A stretch of DNA of 64,000 nucleotides from Parcubacteria group bacterium (GCA_028286825.1 JAQBQV010000011.1:12920-76919); one strand, 5' to 3'; counted from the first letter of the stretch, positions 1 to 10,198 are shown. The notes: generated by a model not told the origin, from the letters alone. A program made the numbers and translations.

Positions 1-331
1 CTTGCTCGGTTAGGAAGGTATAAAGGAAATAATAGCTGAAGAAATAGAAGAGTGGCGCAAAGAGGTCCGCGAGAGACCAGGTGAACATCATTGAATCCGA
101 TCCAAGAAAGGCAAACCATGATCCTAAGTCGAGAAAGCACCACGTCGCGAAACACAAGCAGACCATAAAGAATGTGACGTTAGCACGCTTACGGCTTTGA
201 AAAATGAGAAAAATTCCGAACATGAGCGCGGCAATGGCTGCCGGAATATGCGAATACAGCAATAGACCGATTGAGATCTGATTTACCAGATAATCGTAGC
301 AGTATTGAAGATGAATAAAGCTAGAGAGCAT
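1..331 (-). CDS. Partial polytopic membrane protein. The N-terminus lies in the window; the C-terminus runs off the edge.
   Basis: Reverse-strand translation from ATG at 331 gives MLSSFIHLQYCYDYLVNQISIGLLLYSHIPAAIAALMFGIFLIFQ..., hydrophobic and TM-rich. It is absent from the ORF track because it is truncated by the window edge. Confidence 0.35.
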   Translation of the reverse strand, partial: MLSSFIHLQYCYDYLVNQISIGLLLYSHIPAAIAALMFGIFLIFQSRKRANVTFFMVCLCFATWCFLDLGSWFAFLGSDSMMFTWSLADLFAPLFYFFSYYFLYTFLTEQ

Positions 332-336
332 AGAGG

Positions 337-687
337 TTATGGTGCACAGGATTCCCCGTCTTCAAGTACGGCGTCGCTACAATACGTTTCAGTACACAAA
401 CTGGTGTTATCACACGCAAAATGTTCACAGGAATGATTTTCAAGACAACGCGGTGCATCGCCTGAACGAATAACAATTTTCTTATAGGGACCCGGTGGGC
501 AACTAGGATCTTCTGCGGAAGAACAGCTTGGTAAAAAACACTTCTCAGTCGTCGGATCACACCCCGATACGACGTTCATAATAAAGTCACCTTGTATGAC
601 GTAGCGGTAATACGTAAAAACGATAACGATGACTATCAGGAGCGCAAATAGCGGTACTAGGACAGGAAAATGCGATTCGCCCTTCAT
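337..687 (-). CDS. Cysteine-rich, N-terminally membrane-anchored small protein.
   Basis: 116 aa. It has an N-terminal TM helix (LVPLFALLIVIVIVFTYY) followed by 15 Cys in CxxxxxC-like spacing. No family recognised. Confidence 0.4.
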   Translation of the reverse strand: MKGESHFPVLVPLFALLIVIVIVFTYYRYVIQGDFIMNVVSGCDPTTEKCFLPSCSSAEDPSCPPGPYKKIVIRSGDAPRCLENHSCEHFACDNTSLCTETYCSDAVLEDGESCAP

Positions 688-726
688 TCTCTGCAGTATA
701 CAAGAAGCTCCAAGGCTTCTGCCCTG

Positions 727-1548
727 CTATCCACGCATCTTTCCGTCCACAAACGTCTTTGCTTTATAGGGGTGAGAGAACCAGAAATCATTTGCTTCTT
801 CCTCCATCGGCAATAACGCAACTACAAGCGGTTTTACACCAGACTCTTTCTCTACTTCTAGAAATGCTGGAAGGATGACCTCCTTGGTAAACGCGAACTC
901 ATGCTCGTCGGCTCGAAAATTGTCGAAAAGAATGGCATCCTGCAAAAAAAGTGACATGAACGGTTTGTAATATTTTTTGCCAGTCTGACCGTATGAGTGC
1001 AGCCAGCTTGAAGCATCAAAAAAATTGTGTGCATACTGCGGAAAACGTTGAACGAATAGCTCGTGATGAAAATCAACGAGTTTTTGACCCCAGTGCGTAT
1101 CTAGAGACGACATGGGCTTACTATTGCTGTCATTAAAGTTGAGGATTGAGGCATTCTCGAATATAGATGCACCCTCTTTGGTTAAACTTTTCTGGAAACG
1201 AAGCTTTCCTAAAAAGTACTTCCATTGATTGCGATCATTAAACTGGTCGTCTGGGTATTCAAGCATCACCGGCTCAAGACCTAAGTGCGACAGCCCATCG
1301 CCACATCCAAAAAAGCGAGTAACCTCATGATTTGGCGTGGCCAGATGTCTAAAGAGAACAATACTTTTCTTGTCTGTCAGGATCTCTGGAATTCCATGCG
1401 ATAATACTGTTTTCGCGTATGCATCTATAGCAGCATTAGTGCGACGGGCCTCAAGCTGTTCGACTGCCTGTTCCCACGGCGTATAAATATAATCAGCGAG
1501 CGCTTGTTTATCGCTCATCAGTTTCTCAGAGAGTGCCGTGACGTCCAT
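727..1548 (-). CDS. Hypothetical protein.
   Basis: 273-aa ORF with protein-like composition. No motif recognised. Confidence 0.45.
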   Translation of the reverse strand: MDVTALSEKLMSDKQALADYIYTPWEQAVEQLEARRTNAAIDAYAKTVLSHGIPEILTDKKSIVLFRHLATPNHEVTRFFGCGDGLSHLGLEPVMLEYPDDQFNDRNQWKYFLGKLRFQKSLTKEGASIFENASILNFNDSNSKPMSSLDTHWGQKLVDFHHELFVQRFPQYAHNFFDASSWLHSYGQTGKKYYKPFMSLFLQDAILFDNFRADEHEFAFTKEVILPAFLEVEKESGVKPLVVALLPMEEEANDFWFSHPYKAKTFVDGKMRG

Positions 1549-1632
1549 GTCTGAATATATAGATGTAGTACTCTGTGTTGTACCACATTCTACGAAAATA
1601 AATACCCGCGCCTCGTAGCACTGAGGATAGTG

Positions 1633-2223
1633 CTACGCTCGCTTCGATCTCTGCCCCACATACGCAAAAACAAAGATCGCACCATTTGAGAGGAGCAAAT
1701 AAAGCGGAAATGCAATGTTCGGAGCATCGAGTTTGGTTGTGGAAAGGACGCCAAATAATGATGCGAGTGCGACTAAACCCCACGACGGTGCAGATTCTGA
1801 TTTCGGATCGTGATATGTTTTTATGAAAGTAGGAATGAACGCAAAGAGATCGCCTGCAATCGCACACAGAATTGCGACGAGTGGGTTTGATGTTATTTGC
1901 CAACCGATAATCGCGAGGATAGCAAGTACGACACAATAGAGTTCAATTTTACCGTAGTGTTTATATCCGTATCCAAATAAAGAGAGAATGACCACAGCAG
2001 TCATGTTGAGCGCGATAAAGAAGACAATAACTATTGAGAGAGACGCGCCCGAACTCAGTTGTGCAAAAAATGCGATCCATTGTAAAACTGCCCAGAGAGT
2101 GAATGAGACAGTGTTCGGCCTTGCACCTCCACCTTTGAGCACATCTTTGATGTAGACAAATCCAGAAATGAGCGAAAGAACGCCCGACAGAACGGCGAGT
2201 ACCAGGTACCAGTTGATATCCAC
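1633..2223 (-). CDS. Polytopic integral membrane protein of unknown family.
   Basis: 196 aa with at least 6 hydrophobic helices. Confidence 0.5.
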   Translation of the reverse strand: MDINWYLVLAVLSGVLSLISGFVYIKDVLKGGGARPNTVSFTLWAVLQWIAFFAQLSSGASLSIVIVFFIALNMTAVVILSLFGYGYKHYGKIELYCVVLAILAIIGWQITSNPLVAILCAIAGDLFAFIPTFIKTYHDPKSESAPSWGLVALASLFGVLSTTKLDAPNIAFPLYLLLSNGAIFVFAYVGQRSKRA

Positions 2224-2243
2224 ACTACAAGTGTAGCAAAGTT

Positions 2244-2717
2244 TTAGGCCACCTTCTCTATAGTGTAGGTCTGCTTGCCAGACGGAGTGTCAAAGGTAAA
2301 GGTATCTCCTTTTTTCTTGCCCATAATCGCAGCCCCGAGAGGTGAGACATGCGAAAGTTTGTGCACGCGCATATCAGCCTCTTCGCTCCCCACGATCGTA
2401 TACTCGTGGAGATCGCTACTACCGTCTTTCTTAATGGTGACAACTGAGTTGAAACTCACCTCGTTCTTCTTCTTTCCGTCAGTGAGAATCTTGGTGTTCT
2501 TTACCAAATCCTCAAGCTTCTTAATTCGCTCTTCAGTCGCAGCCTGCAAATCGCGAGCTTCCTGGTACTCAGCATTTTCTGAAAGGTCGCCAAGCGAACG
2601 AGCGTACTCGAGACTCTTCGCGATCTCGGTACGGCGGACAGTCTTCAAATTCTCGAGCTCCTTAATCATCTCATCAAATTTCTCCTGCGAAACGAACGTA
2701 TCTTGTGAATCAATCAT
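2244..2717 (-). CDS. greA: Transcription elongation factor GreA.
   Basis: An N-terminal coiled coil (EKFDEMIKELENLKTVRRTEIAKSLEYARSLGDLSENAEYQEARD) plus a C-terminal FKBP-like domain, typical of GreA. The start is probably the internal Met (MIDSQD). Confidence 0.85.
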   Translation of the reverse strand: MIDSQDTFVSQEKFDEMIKELENLKTVRRTEIAKSLEYARSLGDLSENAEYQEARDLQAATEERIKKLEDLVKNTKILTDGKKKNEVSFNSVVTIKKDGSSDLHEYTIVGSEEADMRVHKLSHVSPLGAAIMGKKKGDTFTFDTPSGKQTYTIEKVA

Positions 2718-2770
2718 GTAAATTAAAGTATGTGATGGCATTGTACGCGCACCACTGTATCTTGCAAGCT

Positions 2771-4462
2771 TTAAAACGAGGTTGAAGATGTCGCGGTCCC
2801 GCCCGTATAAATCGAGTTCTGGGAGTGGAGGGATTCAAACAGCTGCTTCATCGCATTTACCGACTGCTCCCCTGCTCCGGAGGGACCGCGCTCAAGCACA
2901 ACCGCAAAGGCGTACTGCGGGTGGTCATAGGGGAAGAACCCAACCACCCATGAGTTATCAAATTGATTATTGGTACCCGTCTGCGCGGTGCCGGTCTTAG
3001 CCGCTACCGACACATAGGGGAAATTAAGTGCGTTTGCGAGTGCGCTGGTAACACTTTGGCGCATACCGGCTCTGGAGATTGCAAGAGCGTTTTGATCAAC
3101 CGGCACGGTGGTAAATGCCGACGACTTGTTCGCAACCAATGTGGGAGTGTAGAGCTTGCCGCCATTAGCGACTGCAGCGGTCGCGCGCGCCATCTGGATC
3201 GGCGTCACTTGCATTGAGTACTGCCCGATCGCGGTGAAGTACGTATCCCCGGTATACCACTGTTCGTTAAATGTTTTCTTTTTCCAGGCCGGAGTAGGCA
3301 CGAGCCCGTTCGCTTCCCCGCCGAGATCAATACCTGTCGGCGACCCTAGACCAAACTGCGTATACCAGTACGCGAGTCGATCGATACCAAGCCCACGCTG
3401 TGATTTGAATCCGCCGCCGACAGTATAAAAGAAAATATCTGAAGACCAAGCGATCGCCTTCTTCACGTCCACAGGGCCAAGCGCTTTCCAACCGGTGTAA
3501 CGGAATTCCCTATCTTTATTGTATGGGTCTTGGACGGTAATCACCCCTGGATCATTAATAACCGTATCCTCCGTGATGATCCCATCGTTTAGAGCTCCCG
3601 CTGCTACAATCGGCTTCACGATCGATCCTGGAACATACACCCCCTGCACCGCATGATCAAGAAAGGGGTGACCCGGATCAGAGTTATAAGCGGCAATTGT
3701 TTCAGCTGGTGTTCCATTACTCATCACATTCGCGTCATAACTTGGGTAGGAAACAAGCGCGCGCACCGCACCAGTATCAACGTCCATAATCACGCCTGAA
3801 CCCGCGATAAAGTGGTGCGCTTGTGCAGTTTCGCCAATCGCTTTAGCAAACTGCGCTTGTAATGAAGCATCGATTGATAGCTCGAGCGTGCCGCCATCTA
3901 TTGGCGGCACGTAGCTGCCCTCGGAACGCACACGCCCTACCGCATCTGTTTCAGTGAGTAATTGCCCGTTCCTTCCGACGAGAAGAGAATCATACTTTGC
4001 CTCAAGCCCTGTAACCCCTGTCTCCTCAGTATCGTAATAGAAACCATTGCTGTCCTTCTTTGGGTACGACACGTAGCCGATCACCTGTGACAGCGACGGA
4101 TAGTAATACTGGCGAATCATTGTCCCACCCTCCTTGGCCACATTATCAGCGAGTATTGTCCCATACATGTCAGTGATGGTGCCACGCGGTGCAAAGACCG
4201 TCGTGACTTTAAGACTATTCTCAGCACTCTGCGCGGCAAACGCATAGCCCTTCATAACTTGAAGATTCCAGCTGCGCCCCACGAGCACGAGAATCAGGAG
4301 AGCGAGTGTACCAAAGAGATAGACGAATGTACGCGACGCAAGTGGTTTTTCAATACGACCTTCAAAACGTGAACGATCGAAGTCAGGAGTATTTGATGAG
4401 TCTAGGAAGATCTCATCGGGAGCGATTTCAGGATCTTTGTGTCGCTTACGTAACCACAGCAT
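2771..4462 (-). CDS. mrdA: Penicillin-binding protein 2, the elongasome transpeptidase.
   Basis: 563 aa with an N-terminal TM helix and a transpeptidase domain carrying SxxK, SxN and KTGT(A) motifs. It lies downstream of mreBCD. Confidence 0.85.
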   Translation of the reverse strand: MLWLRKRHKDPEIAPDEIFLDSSNTPDFDRSRFEGRIEKPLASRTFVYLFGTLALLILVLVGRSWNLQVMKGYAFAAQSAENSLKVTTVFAPRGTITDMYGTILADNVAKEGGTMIRQYYYPSLSQVIGYVSYPKKDSNGFYYDTEETGVTGLEAKYDSLLVGRNGQLLTETDAVGRVRSEGSYVPPIDGGTLELSIDASLQAQFAKAIGETAQAHHFIAGSGVIMDVDTGAVRALVSYPSYDANVMSNGTPAETIAAYNSDPGHPFLDHAVQGVYVPGSIVKPIVAAGALNDGIITEDTVINDPGVITVQDPYNKDREFRYTGWKALGPVDVKKAIAWSSDIFFYTVGGGFKSQRGLGIDRLAYWYTQFGLGSPTGIDLGGEANGLVPTPAWKKKTFNEQWYTGDTYFTAIGQYSMQVTPIQMARATAAVANGGKLYTPTLVANKSSAFTTVPVDQNALAISRAGMRQSVTSALANALNFPYVSVAAKTGTAQTGTNNQFDNSWVVGFFPYDHPQYAFAVVLERGPSGAGEQSVNAMKQLFESLHSQNSIYTGGTATSSTSF

Positions 4463-4464
4463 TG

Positions 4465-4713
4465 CTACATTGTACTGGCCCGGAGTTGATTACGCACTAA
4501 GAGGCCTATACCACCGAGAATCAGGCCCCCGAACGTAAAAAGGGGGAGTCCACCCGCGTGCACACTATAGTACAGAGTGTCAGCAAAAAGACCGAGCGCA
4601 ATCACCGCAACAGGCTCGATAAAGGCAAGCACAATCGCAAGTCCCGCGGTCAAGAGCCAGGGGAAGAAGATAACGGACACAAAGGCGCTGATAATAAGCA
4701 CCACGTTACTCAT
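4465..4713 (-). CDS. mreD: Rod shape-determining protein MreD.
   Basis: 82-aa multi-TM protein between mreC and mrdA. Order fits the canonical mreBCD-mrdA operon. Confidence 0.55.
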   Translation of the reverse strand: MSNVVLIISAFVSVIFFPWLLTAGLAIVLAFIEPVAVIALGLFADTLYYSVHAGGLPLFTFGGLILGGIGLLVRNQLRASTM

Positions 4714-5552
4714 GGCTTCGTAGTGGTTGCTGTCATGAGTGTGCCCTTAAGACTTTCTCCGGCATCGCGAATGGTCACAAAGTAAAGTGTGAATAAATTT
4801 ACTCTTGGTTGGATGCGCAGCGTCATGGAGGGCGACGTCGGATCACCGTCGATCCTGACGACTTTCCCGGCCGGGAGTGCGCCTGGGCCGGGTAAGAACA
4901 CGAGATCGCCAACAGCAACATCACTGGGCCGCGTGAGTGACGCGTTTAGTACGCCGCCTCCGCCTCCCATAACGGTAAGCGGAATATTCTTACTCCCAAC
5001 TGAGCCTATCGCACTCATCCCCGGAGCTGAGAAAAGAGTGATGCGAGAAAAGTCGGCGAGCGCTGTTGTAACCACGCCAAGGGGGACATTCCCTGGACCA
5101 AATGCTTCTTGGCCGACCACCACACCACTATGGGTACCCTTATCTACTATGAGTGTGTCATATGGACTCTCAGGTGGTCGAGCAATCACTCCAGCTAGCA
5201 CTGCAGGCGTTATGATTCTATTCGATTCGCTTGTACCAAGTAGCGCCTCGAGACTAGCCTCTTTTTGAATGAGAGCCTCGTTTTCATTTGCGAGTGCCGC
5301 GTTCTCTTGCAGGAGACGTTCGTTAGCTTTGGTTAACTCAGCGCTTGAATTAAAAAAGCCAAAGAACGAGTGGCTTGTGGAGGCAAGGGCGTCGGCACTC
5401 CTAAACACGGGAGCAAAAATATGAAAATAGACGTTCGGAACGATCAGCCGAACAGCGATAAGTAGAAGCACAATAATAAGTGCATAGCCGCCCCAGGAGA
5501 CTCCTCCTGATAAGAGGAACGCGTTACGCCTCGTTAAGAATGTCTTCTTCAT
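4710..5552 (-). CDS. mreC: Rod shape-determining protein MreC.
   Basis: An N-terminal TM helix, a coiled coil (ANERLLQENAALANENEALIQKEASLEALL) and a beta-rich C-terminus. It is immediately downstream of mreB. Confidence 0.75.
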   Translation of the reverse strand: MKKTFLTRRNAFLLSGGVSWGGYALIIVLLLIAVRLIVPNVYFHIFAPVFRSADALASTSHSFFGFFNSSAELTKANERLLQENAALANENEALIQKEASLEALLGTSESNRIITPAVLAGVIARPPESPYDTLIVDKGTHSGVVVGQEAFGPGNVPLGVVTTALADFSRITLFSAPGMSAIGSVGSKNIPLTVMGGGGGVLNASLTRPSDVAVGDLVFLPGPGALPAGKVVRIDGDPTSPSMTLRIQPRVNLFTLYFVTIRDAGESLKGTLMTATTTKP

Positions 5553-6576
5553 CGATAAAAAAATCTACGTACGGCTCTGGATTCTCCGTGACGATCCCGG
5601 CGCCGCGGACGACTGCCGTTAAGGGATCAGGCGCAACACGGACCGGCACCCCAAGCATTTTAGCGAGAATCTCAGGGAGGCCACGTAGCAGTGCCCCTCC
5701 GCCAAAGACAGTAACCCCTCGCTCGAGCACGTCCGCGAGGAGCTCAGGTGGCGTCGCCTCGATCACTTCTTTCATTGTGTCCATAAGTGAGTCAAGCGAG
5801 GGTGCCAGCGCCTCGCGCACATGTTCGTCGGTGAGAATTATTTCTCGCGGCAGTCCGGTGGCAAAATCGCGACCGCGCACGCTACGTGAAAGCTGCTCTT
5901 CAAGAGGGATCACGGCGCCGATATTAATCTTCACCTCTTCCGCAGTTCGCTCGCCAATGCCAAGCTTAAATTCGCTTCGCACATAGTCGATAATATTCTC
6001 GTTAAAGCGGTCCCCCGCTACCTGCGAGCTTTTAGCGCTTACCACACCGCGAAGCGCAATGACTGCAATGTCAGTAGTGCCTCCGCCAATATCGAGCACC
6101 ATACTCCCCACCGCTTCGTTGACTGGCAGCTTCGCACCTATCGCCCCCGCTACTGGCTCTTCCATAATGTACGCTTCGCGCGCCCCTGCATTTTTAGCAG
6201 CATCGCGCACTGCGCGACTTTGCACGTTGGTCACCCCCGTCGGTACGCCGATCACCACCCGTGGACCAAAAAGCCGCGCTCGGCCATTCTGGGCTTTGTT
6301 AATCATGTACGTCAGCATCTCTTCGGTAACCTCGAAGTCAGAGATCACACCATGAGAAAGAGGGCGAACCACCCGGATATGCGAAGGGGTCTTGCCGAGC
6401 ATCGTCTTCGCTTCGGCGCCAACCGCGACAACCTGATTGGTCTTGTCGTTCACGGCGACAACTGACGGCTCATTGATTACGACTCCCTTCCCGCGTACAT
6501 ATACGAGCGTGTTGGCGGTACCCAGGTCAATCGCGATGTCGTTACTAAAGAAGAGACTCTTCGAAAACTTTTTCAT
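5524..6576 (-). CDS. mreB: Actin-like rod-shape protein MreB.
   Basis: 350 aa, with IDLGTANTLVYV phosphate-1 and DIGGGTTD motifs. Canonical MreB. Confidence 0.9.
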   Translation of the reverse strand: MKKFSKSLFFSNDIAIDLGTANTLVYVRGKGVVINEPSVVAVNDKTNQVVAVGAEAKTMLGKTPSHIRVVRPLSHGVISDFEVTEEMLTYMINKAQNGRARLFGPRVVIGVPTGVTNVQSRAVRDAAKNAGAREAYIMEEPVAGAIGAKLPVNEAVGSMVLDIGGGTTDIAVIALRGVVSAKSSQVAGDRFNENIIDYVRSEFKLGIGERTAEEVKINIGAVIPLEEQLSRSVRGRDFATGLPREIILTDEHVREALAPSLDSLMDTMKEVIEATPPELLADVLERGVTVFGGGALLRGLPEILAKMLGVPVRVAPDPLTAVVRGAGIVTENPEPYVDFFIDEEDILNEA

Positions 6577-6578
6577 AG

Positions 6579-7823
6579 TTACAATGCCAAAATCTCAGCC
6601 CGCGATTTTTTAACTACGTCCCCGGTAGAACGATTCACTACTTCAAATTGGTCAGTAGCGACCCCGTCACGACCAACCACAATGCGGTACGGCATACCTA
6701 AGAGATCGCTCTCAGCGAATTTCTCTCCCGCTCGCAGATCGCGATCGTCATACAGCACTTCAACGCCTTTTCTCGTTAGTTCATCATAAAGCGCGTCTGC
6801 CGCCTTCGACACCTCATCCCCATTGTGCCCAAGCGAAACGAGGTGGTATGTAAATGGCGCGACTTGTATTGGCCACACAAGACCTTTATCGTCACCAAGC
6901 GCTTCAACGATTATGCCCATAAGACGCGTCGGCCCAATGCCGTAGGAACCCATGACTACAGGCTTCTTAGTGCCAGTCTCGTCGGTGTAGGTAAGGCCGA
7001 GCACATCAGAAAAGCGAGTGCCTAAGTTGAAGATATTCCCAGCTTCGATCGCCTTTTTTTCAATCAGGCTCTCTTTACTGAGACCAAGCTTATTAATAGT
7101 CTCGTCGTTATATACTTCTTTATTGATCGCAATTCCCTTCTCTTCGTCTATATAAATAGTATCCTCGCCTGCGTCAGAAACAGTCTGGAACTCTTCAGAG
7201 AATTCACTAAAAATGCCACCAGAAGCAAAGGTGACGTAAGTGCGACTACCAATACCCGCTCGTTCAAATACTTTTTTATAAGCTTCGCGCGCCTCTGCAT
7301 AAAACACAGCATGTTCTGTCTCATCTTTTGAAAATGAGTACAAGTCTTTCATCATAAACTCTTTGCCGCGCATGATTCCGCTCTTGGCGCGCAGCTCATT
7401 GCGAAACTTATTTTGGAATTGATATGCGTAGACTGGTAGATCGCGATACGAAGAAATGTGATCTGTCATGATGCGCGTGAGCGGCTCTTCATGGGTGATC
7501 CCAAGCCCCGTCTCGCCGCCACTTTTAAATGTGGTCTTGAACCAATTGTCGACCTTCGCGTCGTCCCACCTGTCGGTGCGGCTCCAGAGATCTTTGTCTT
7601 GGAGAGCTGTCATCACGAGCTCCTGGCCACCGATCGCATTCATCTCCTCGCGAATGATCTGAACAATCTTATTGAGAGTACGTAGACCGAGCGGCAAATA
7701 GGAGTACACACCGGCAATCTCTTTATGCACAAAGCCTGCACGCACCAGTAACTGAGCATTCTTCGCGACCTCATCGCTTGGTGCTTCGCGCCTCGTCTTA
7801 GTAAAAAGCTGTGTTTGTCGCAT
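6579..7823 (-). CDS. proS: Prolyl-tRNA synthetase, a short form lacking the INS editing domain.
   Basis: MRQTQLFTKTRREAPSDEVAKNAQLLVRAGF is a ProRS N-terminal signature. Class II motifs and an anticodon-binding domain follow. The start is taken at the internal Met. Confidence 0.88.
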   Translation of the reverse strand: MRQTQLFTKTRREAPSDEVAKNAQLLVRAGFVHKEIAGVYSYLPLGLRTLNKIVQIIREEMNAIGGQELVMTALQDKDLWSRTDRWDDAKVDNWFKTTFKSGGETGLGITHEEPLTRIMTDHISSYRDLPVYAYQFQNKFRNELRAKSGIMRGKEFMMKDLYSFSKDETEHAVFYAEAREAYKKVFERAGIGSRTYVTFASGGIFSEFSEEFQTVSDAGEDTIYIDEEKGIAINKEVYNDETINKLGLSKESLIEKKAIEAGNIFNLGTRFSDVLGLTYTDETGTKKPVVMGSYGIGPTRLMGIIVEALGDDKGLVWPIQVAPFTYHLVSLGHNGDEVSKAADALYDELTRKGVEVLYDDRDLRAGEKFAESDLLGMPYRIVVGRDGVATDQFEVVNRSTGDVVKKSRAEILAL

Positions 7824-7867
7824 TCCCTCCAGTATACGCCCCCGACCCAACCTCGGCAAAAGGAGAA

Positions 7868-8962
7868 CTATCCAACGATTTTGAAGATGTCGTGCGCAGT
7901 CACTACGAGCATGAGGAGGATGAGAGCCACAAATCCAACTGCGTTTACCGTCTGTGCTATGCGCGCATTGATTGGTCTACGAATGATGCTTTCTATTATT
8001 ACGAAAAGAAGTCGGCCGCCGTCCAAGGCTGGAATTGGAATCAGGTTAATAAGGGCGAGATTAATTGAAATGATCGCCATAATCGAGAAGAGATTACCAA
8101 ATCCTTGTTGTGAAGCGCTCCCTACAGCTCCCGCGATCCCAACAGGACCCGACACACTTGAGAGGTCTGCAGTGAATGTAAAGACGCCATAGAAGAAGTG
8201 TGCCAGCCCTTGGGCAGTAAGAACTGTAGCGCCCCAGGTGAGCTGTGCGCCTTCAACAATTGCTTTACCAAACGAGACGGGCACGACACCAACGGTCGCC
8301 ACTTCCACACCTATCACCGCCCGGTCAGGGTTATTCGCAATAAGGCCCTTAGCGGGTCGCGCAAAGAGCGTCTCCTCTTTGCCCTCACTCGTTCGCACGT
8401 TGAGCGCAATAGTCGTGTTACCGCCTCCGTTAGAAACGAACTTGGTGAACTCTGCGGGATCAACGCCTGAAAAGGTAAAGTGTCCGTCTTCCGCTGCGAG
8501 GATAGTGTCGCCTGGCTTAAGGCCTGCCTCAGCTGCTGGGCTACCTGGAATTACGTTGGCCACCATGAGCTGAGTGTCGCGTGCGATTGCTACTTCGCTC
8601 GCCTCAAGGGCTCGAGGAGTGCCAGCGACGAGCGCACTTGTGATCAGTAGGTATGCCAAAAGAAAATTCATTGCGACTCCCGCCACGAGCACAACGGCCT
8701 GAAGTATGCGCGGGCGAGAGCTAAATGAATGCGAACCCTTCTCTCCCCCGTCTTCGCCATAAATTTTTACGAAGCCGCCAAAGGGCAGCCAGTTGAGTGT
8801 GTACTCGGTCTCACCGATTTTCCTGATGAGGAGCGCACGGGGTGGGTACCCAAGCCCAAACTCGTCAACACGCATACCCGACCATTTTGCAGCGATAAAA
8901 TGCCCAAACTCGTGCACCACAATGAGTACGACAATAACGACGATAAAAATCAGTATGCTCAT
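7868..8962 (-). CDS. rseP: RseP-type site-2 zinc metalloprotease.
   Basis: A HEFGHFIAAK HExxH motif, a PDZ domain and four TM segments. Confidence 0.85.
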   Translation of the reverse strand: MSILIFIVVIVVLIVVHEFGHFIAAKWSGMRVDEFGLGYPPRALLIRKIGETEYTLNWLPFGGFVKIYGEDGGEKGSHSFSSRPRILQAVVLVAGVAMNFLLAYLLITSALVAGTPRALEASEVAIARDTQLMVANVIPGSPAAEAGLKPGDTILAAEDGHFTFSGVDPAEFTKFVSNGGGNTTIALNVRTSEGKEETLFARPAKGLIANNPDRAVIGVEVATVGVVPVSFGKAIVEGAQLTWGATVLTAQGLAHFFYGVFTFTADLSSVSGPVGIAGAVGSASQQGFGNLFSIMAIISINLALINLIPIPALDGGRLLFVIIESIIRRPINARIAQTVNAVGFVALILLMLVVTAHDIFKIVG

Positions 8963-9510
8963 TGGCTGATCTCGTCCTCCTTACGCTTAAGCACAGCTCC
9001 TAATGACTCATTAGCTGCATCGATCATCTTCTGCACTTCAGCTTTAAGGCGCTTCACTTCATCTTCGCCCATGCCACCATCCTTCTCTGTAGCATCAAGC
9101 GCTTTAATGGCATCGGTACGATGAGCTCGGAGCGTAACCTTCGCCTGCTCAGTTTTGTCGCCAGCGATCTTACTCAGTTGTTCACGGCGCTCACTCGTGA
9201 GCTGTGGAAAGGAGACACGTAGCCCTTGCTCGTCGGTAGAAACGCCAACTCCAAGGTCGGCTTCCGTGATTGCTTTCTCAATCGGCTTCATAAGCTCCTT
9301 GTCCCAGGGCACGACACGGATCGTTCGAGCGTCTTCAGTTGCGATAGATGCAATATCTTTGAGCGCGGTGCGGGAACCGTAGGCCTCAGGCTTAATCGCG
9401 TCGAGCAAGGTCGGAGTTGCCCTTCCCGTACGCACTCCTCCAAGCTCGCGTACGAGCCATTCCTCAGTCTCCGTAATCTGCGTCTTTAGTTTTGAAAAGT
9501 CATATGCCAT
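8959..9510 (-). CDS. frr: Ribosome recycling factor.
   Basis: 183 aa with the full-length RRF signature (VRTGRATPTLLD...LKDIASI). Confidence 0.9.
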   Translation of the reverse strand: MAYDFSKLKTQITETEEWLVRELGGVRTGRATPTLLDAIKPEAYGSRTALKDIASIATEDARTIRVVPWDKELMKPIEKAITEADLGVGVSTDEQGLRVSFPQLTSERREQLSKIAGDKTEQAKVTLRAHRTDAIKALDATEKDGGMGEDEVKRLKAEVQKMIDAANESLGAVLKRKEDEISQ

Positions 9511-9519
9511 ATGAATTGA

Positions 9520-10194
9520 TTATACCAAACCTCGCGGGATAACGAGAGAGATATGTTCGAGGATCATTTTAACGGGGGCGCTGCGGTCATATAGATGCGT
9601 TCGAAGAATTGCAATGTCTGAAAGAAGCGCGACAGCTGCGCTGTCGCGCTTCTTTGCCTTGTACGCTACTGCTTCGATGCCGTTTAGTAGCGCAATGGCT
9701 TCTTCGCGGTTCTCGCGACGAGCGTCTTCGTCTTTCCCGCTTGTGAGTTTCTTAATCAGTGCACTTCGCTTCTCTTTTGTTGCCTTAAGAAATTGCTCGG
9801 CGATTTCAGGAATACGTGGTCGCGATGACTCGCCATGTGAGAGCTCTTGAACGCGCGATCGAAGTGTTGGCAGTAACCCGCCCAAGGAAGGCATAACAAG
9901 AAAGAGGTACGTACCTTGTGGCGGTTCTTCGAAGAGTTTGAGAAGTGCGTTCTGCGCTTCGTGGTATGCGCGACTGGCTGAGACGATCACTACTTTTGTT
10001 TCCCCCGCAAAGGGCGCTCCGTTCGCAAGGTCACCCACCTTACGCGAGTCCTCAACCGACAAGAGTCCATGGCGGACCACCACCACATCAGGATTATTCT
10101 CGAGCTTTAAATCAAGTTCTTTTATTATCCACGCCTGAGCGATTTCAATTCCCTCTTCCGCTTCGGCCTCGATTACGAATGCGTGCTGCTGCAT
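9520..10194 (-). CDS. holB: DNA polymerase III delta-prime-like subunit, short form.
   Basis: ALLKLFEEPPQGTYLFLV followed by TLRSRVQ matches the clamp-loader box VII/sensor region. Confidence 0.65.
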   Translation of the reverse strand: MQQHAFVIEAEAEEGIEIAQAWIIKELDLKLENNPDVVVVRHGLLSVEDSRKVGDLANGAPFAGETKVVIVSASRAYHEAQNALLKLFEEPPQGTYLFLVMPSLGGLLPTLRSRVQELSHGESSRPRIPEIAEQFLKATKEKRSALIKKLTSGKDEDARRENREEAIALLNGIEAVAYKAKKRDSAAVALLSDIAILRTHLYDRSAPVKMILEHISLVIPRGLV

Positions 10195-10198
10195 AGAG

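Noticed and set aside
2275-4500. Multiple 60-150-aa ORFs antisense to greA and the PBP2 gene (2275-2721 plus strand, 2782-3428 and others).
   Set aside because: They are embedded in strongly supported genes and are Ser/Arg/Pro-rich, which are antisense artefacts.
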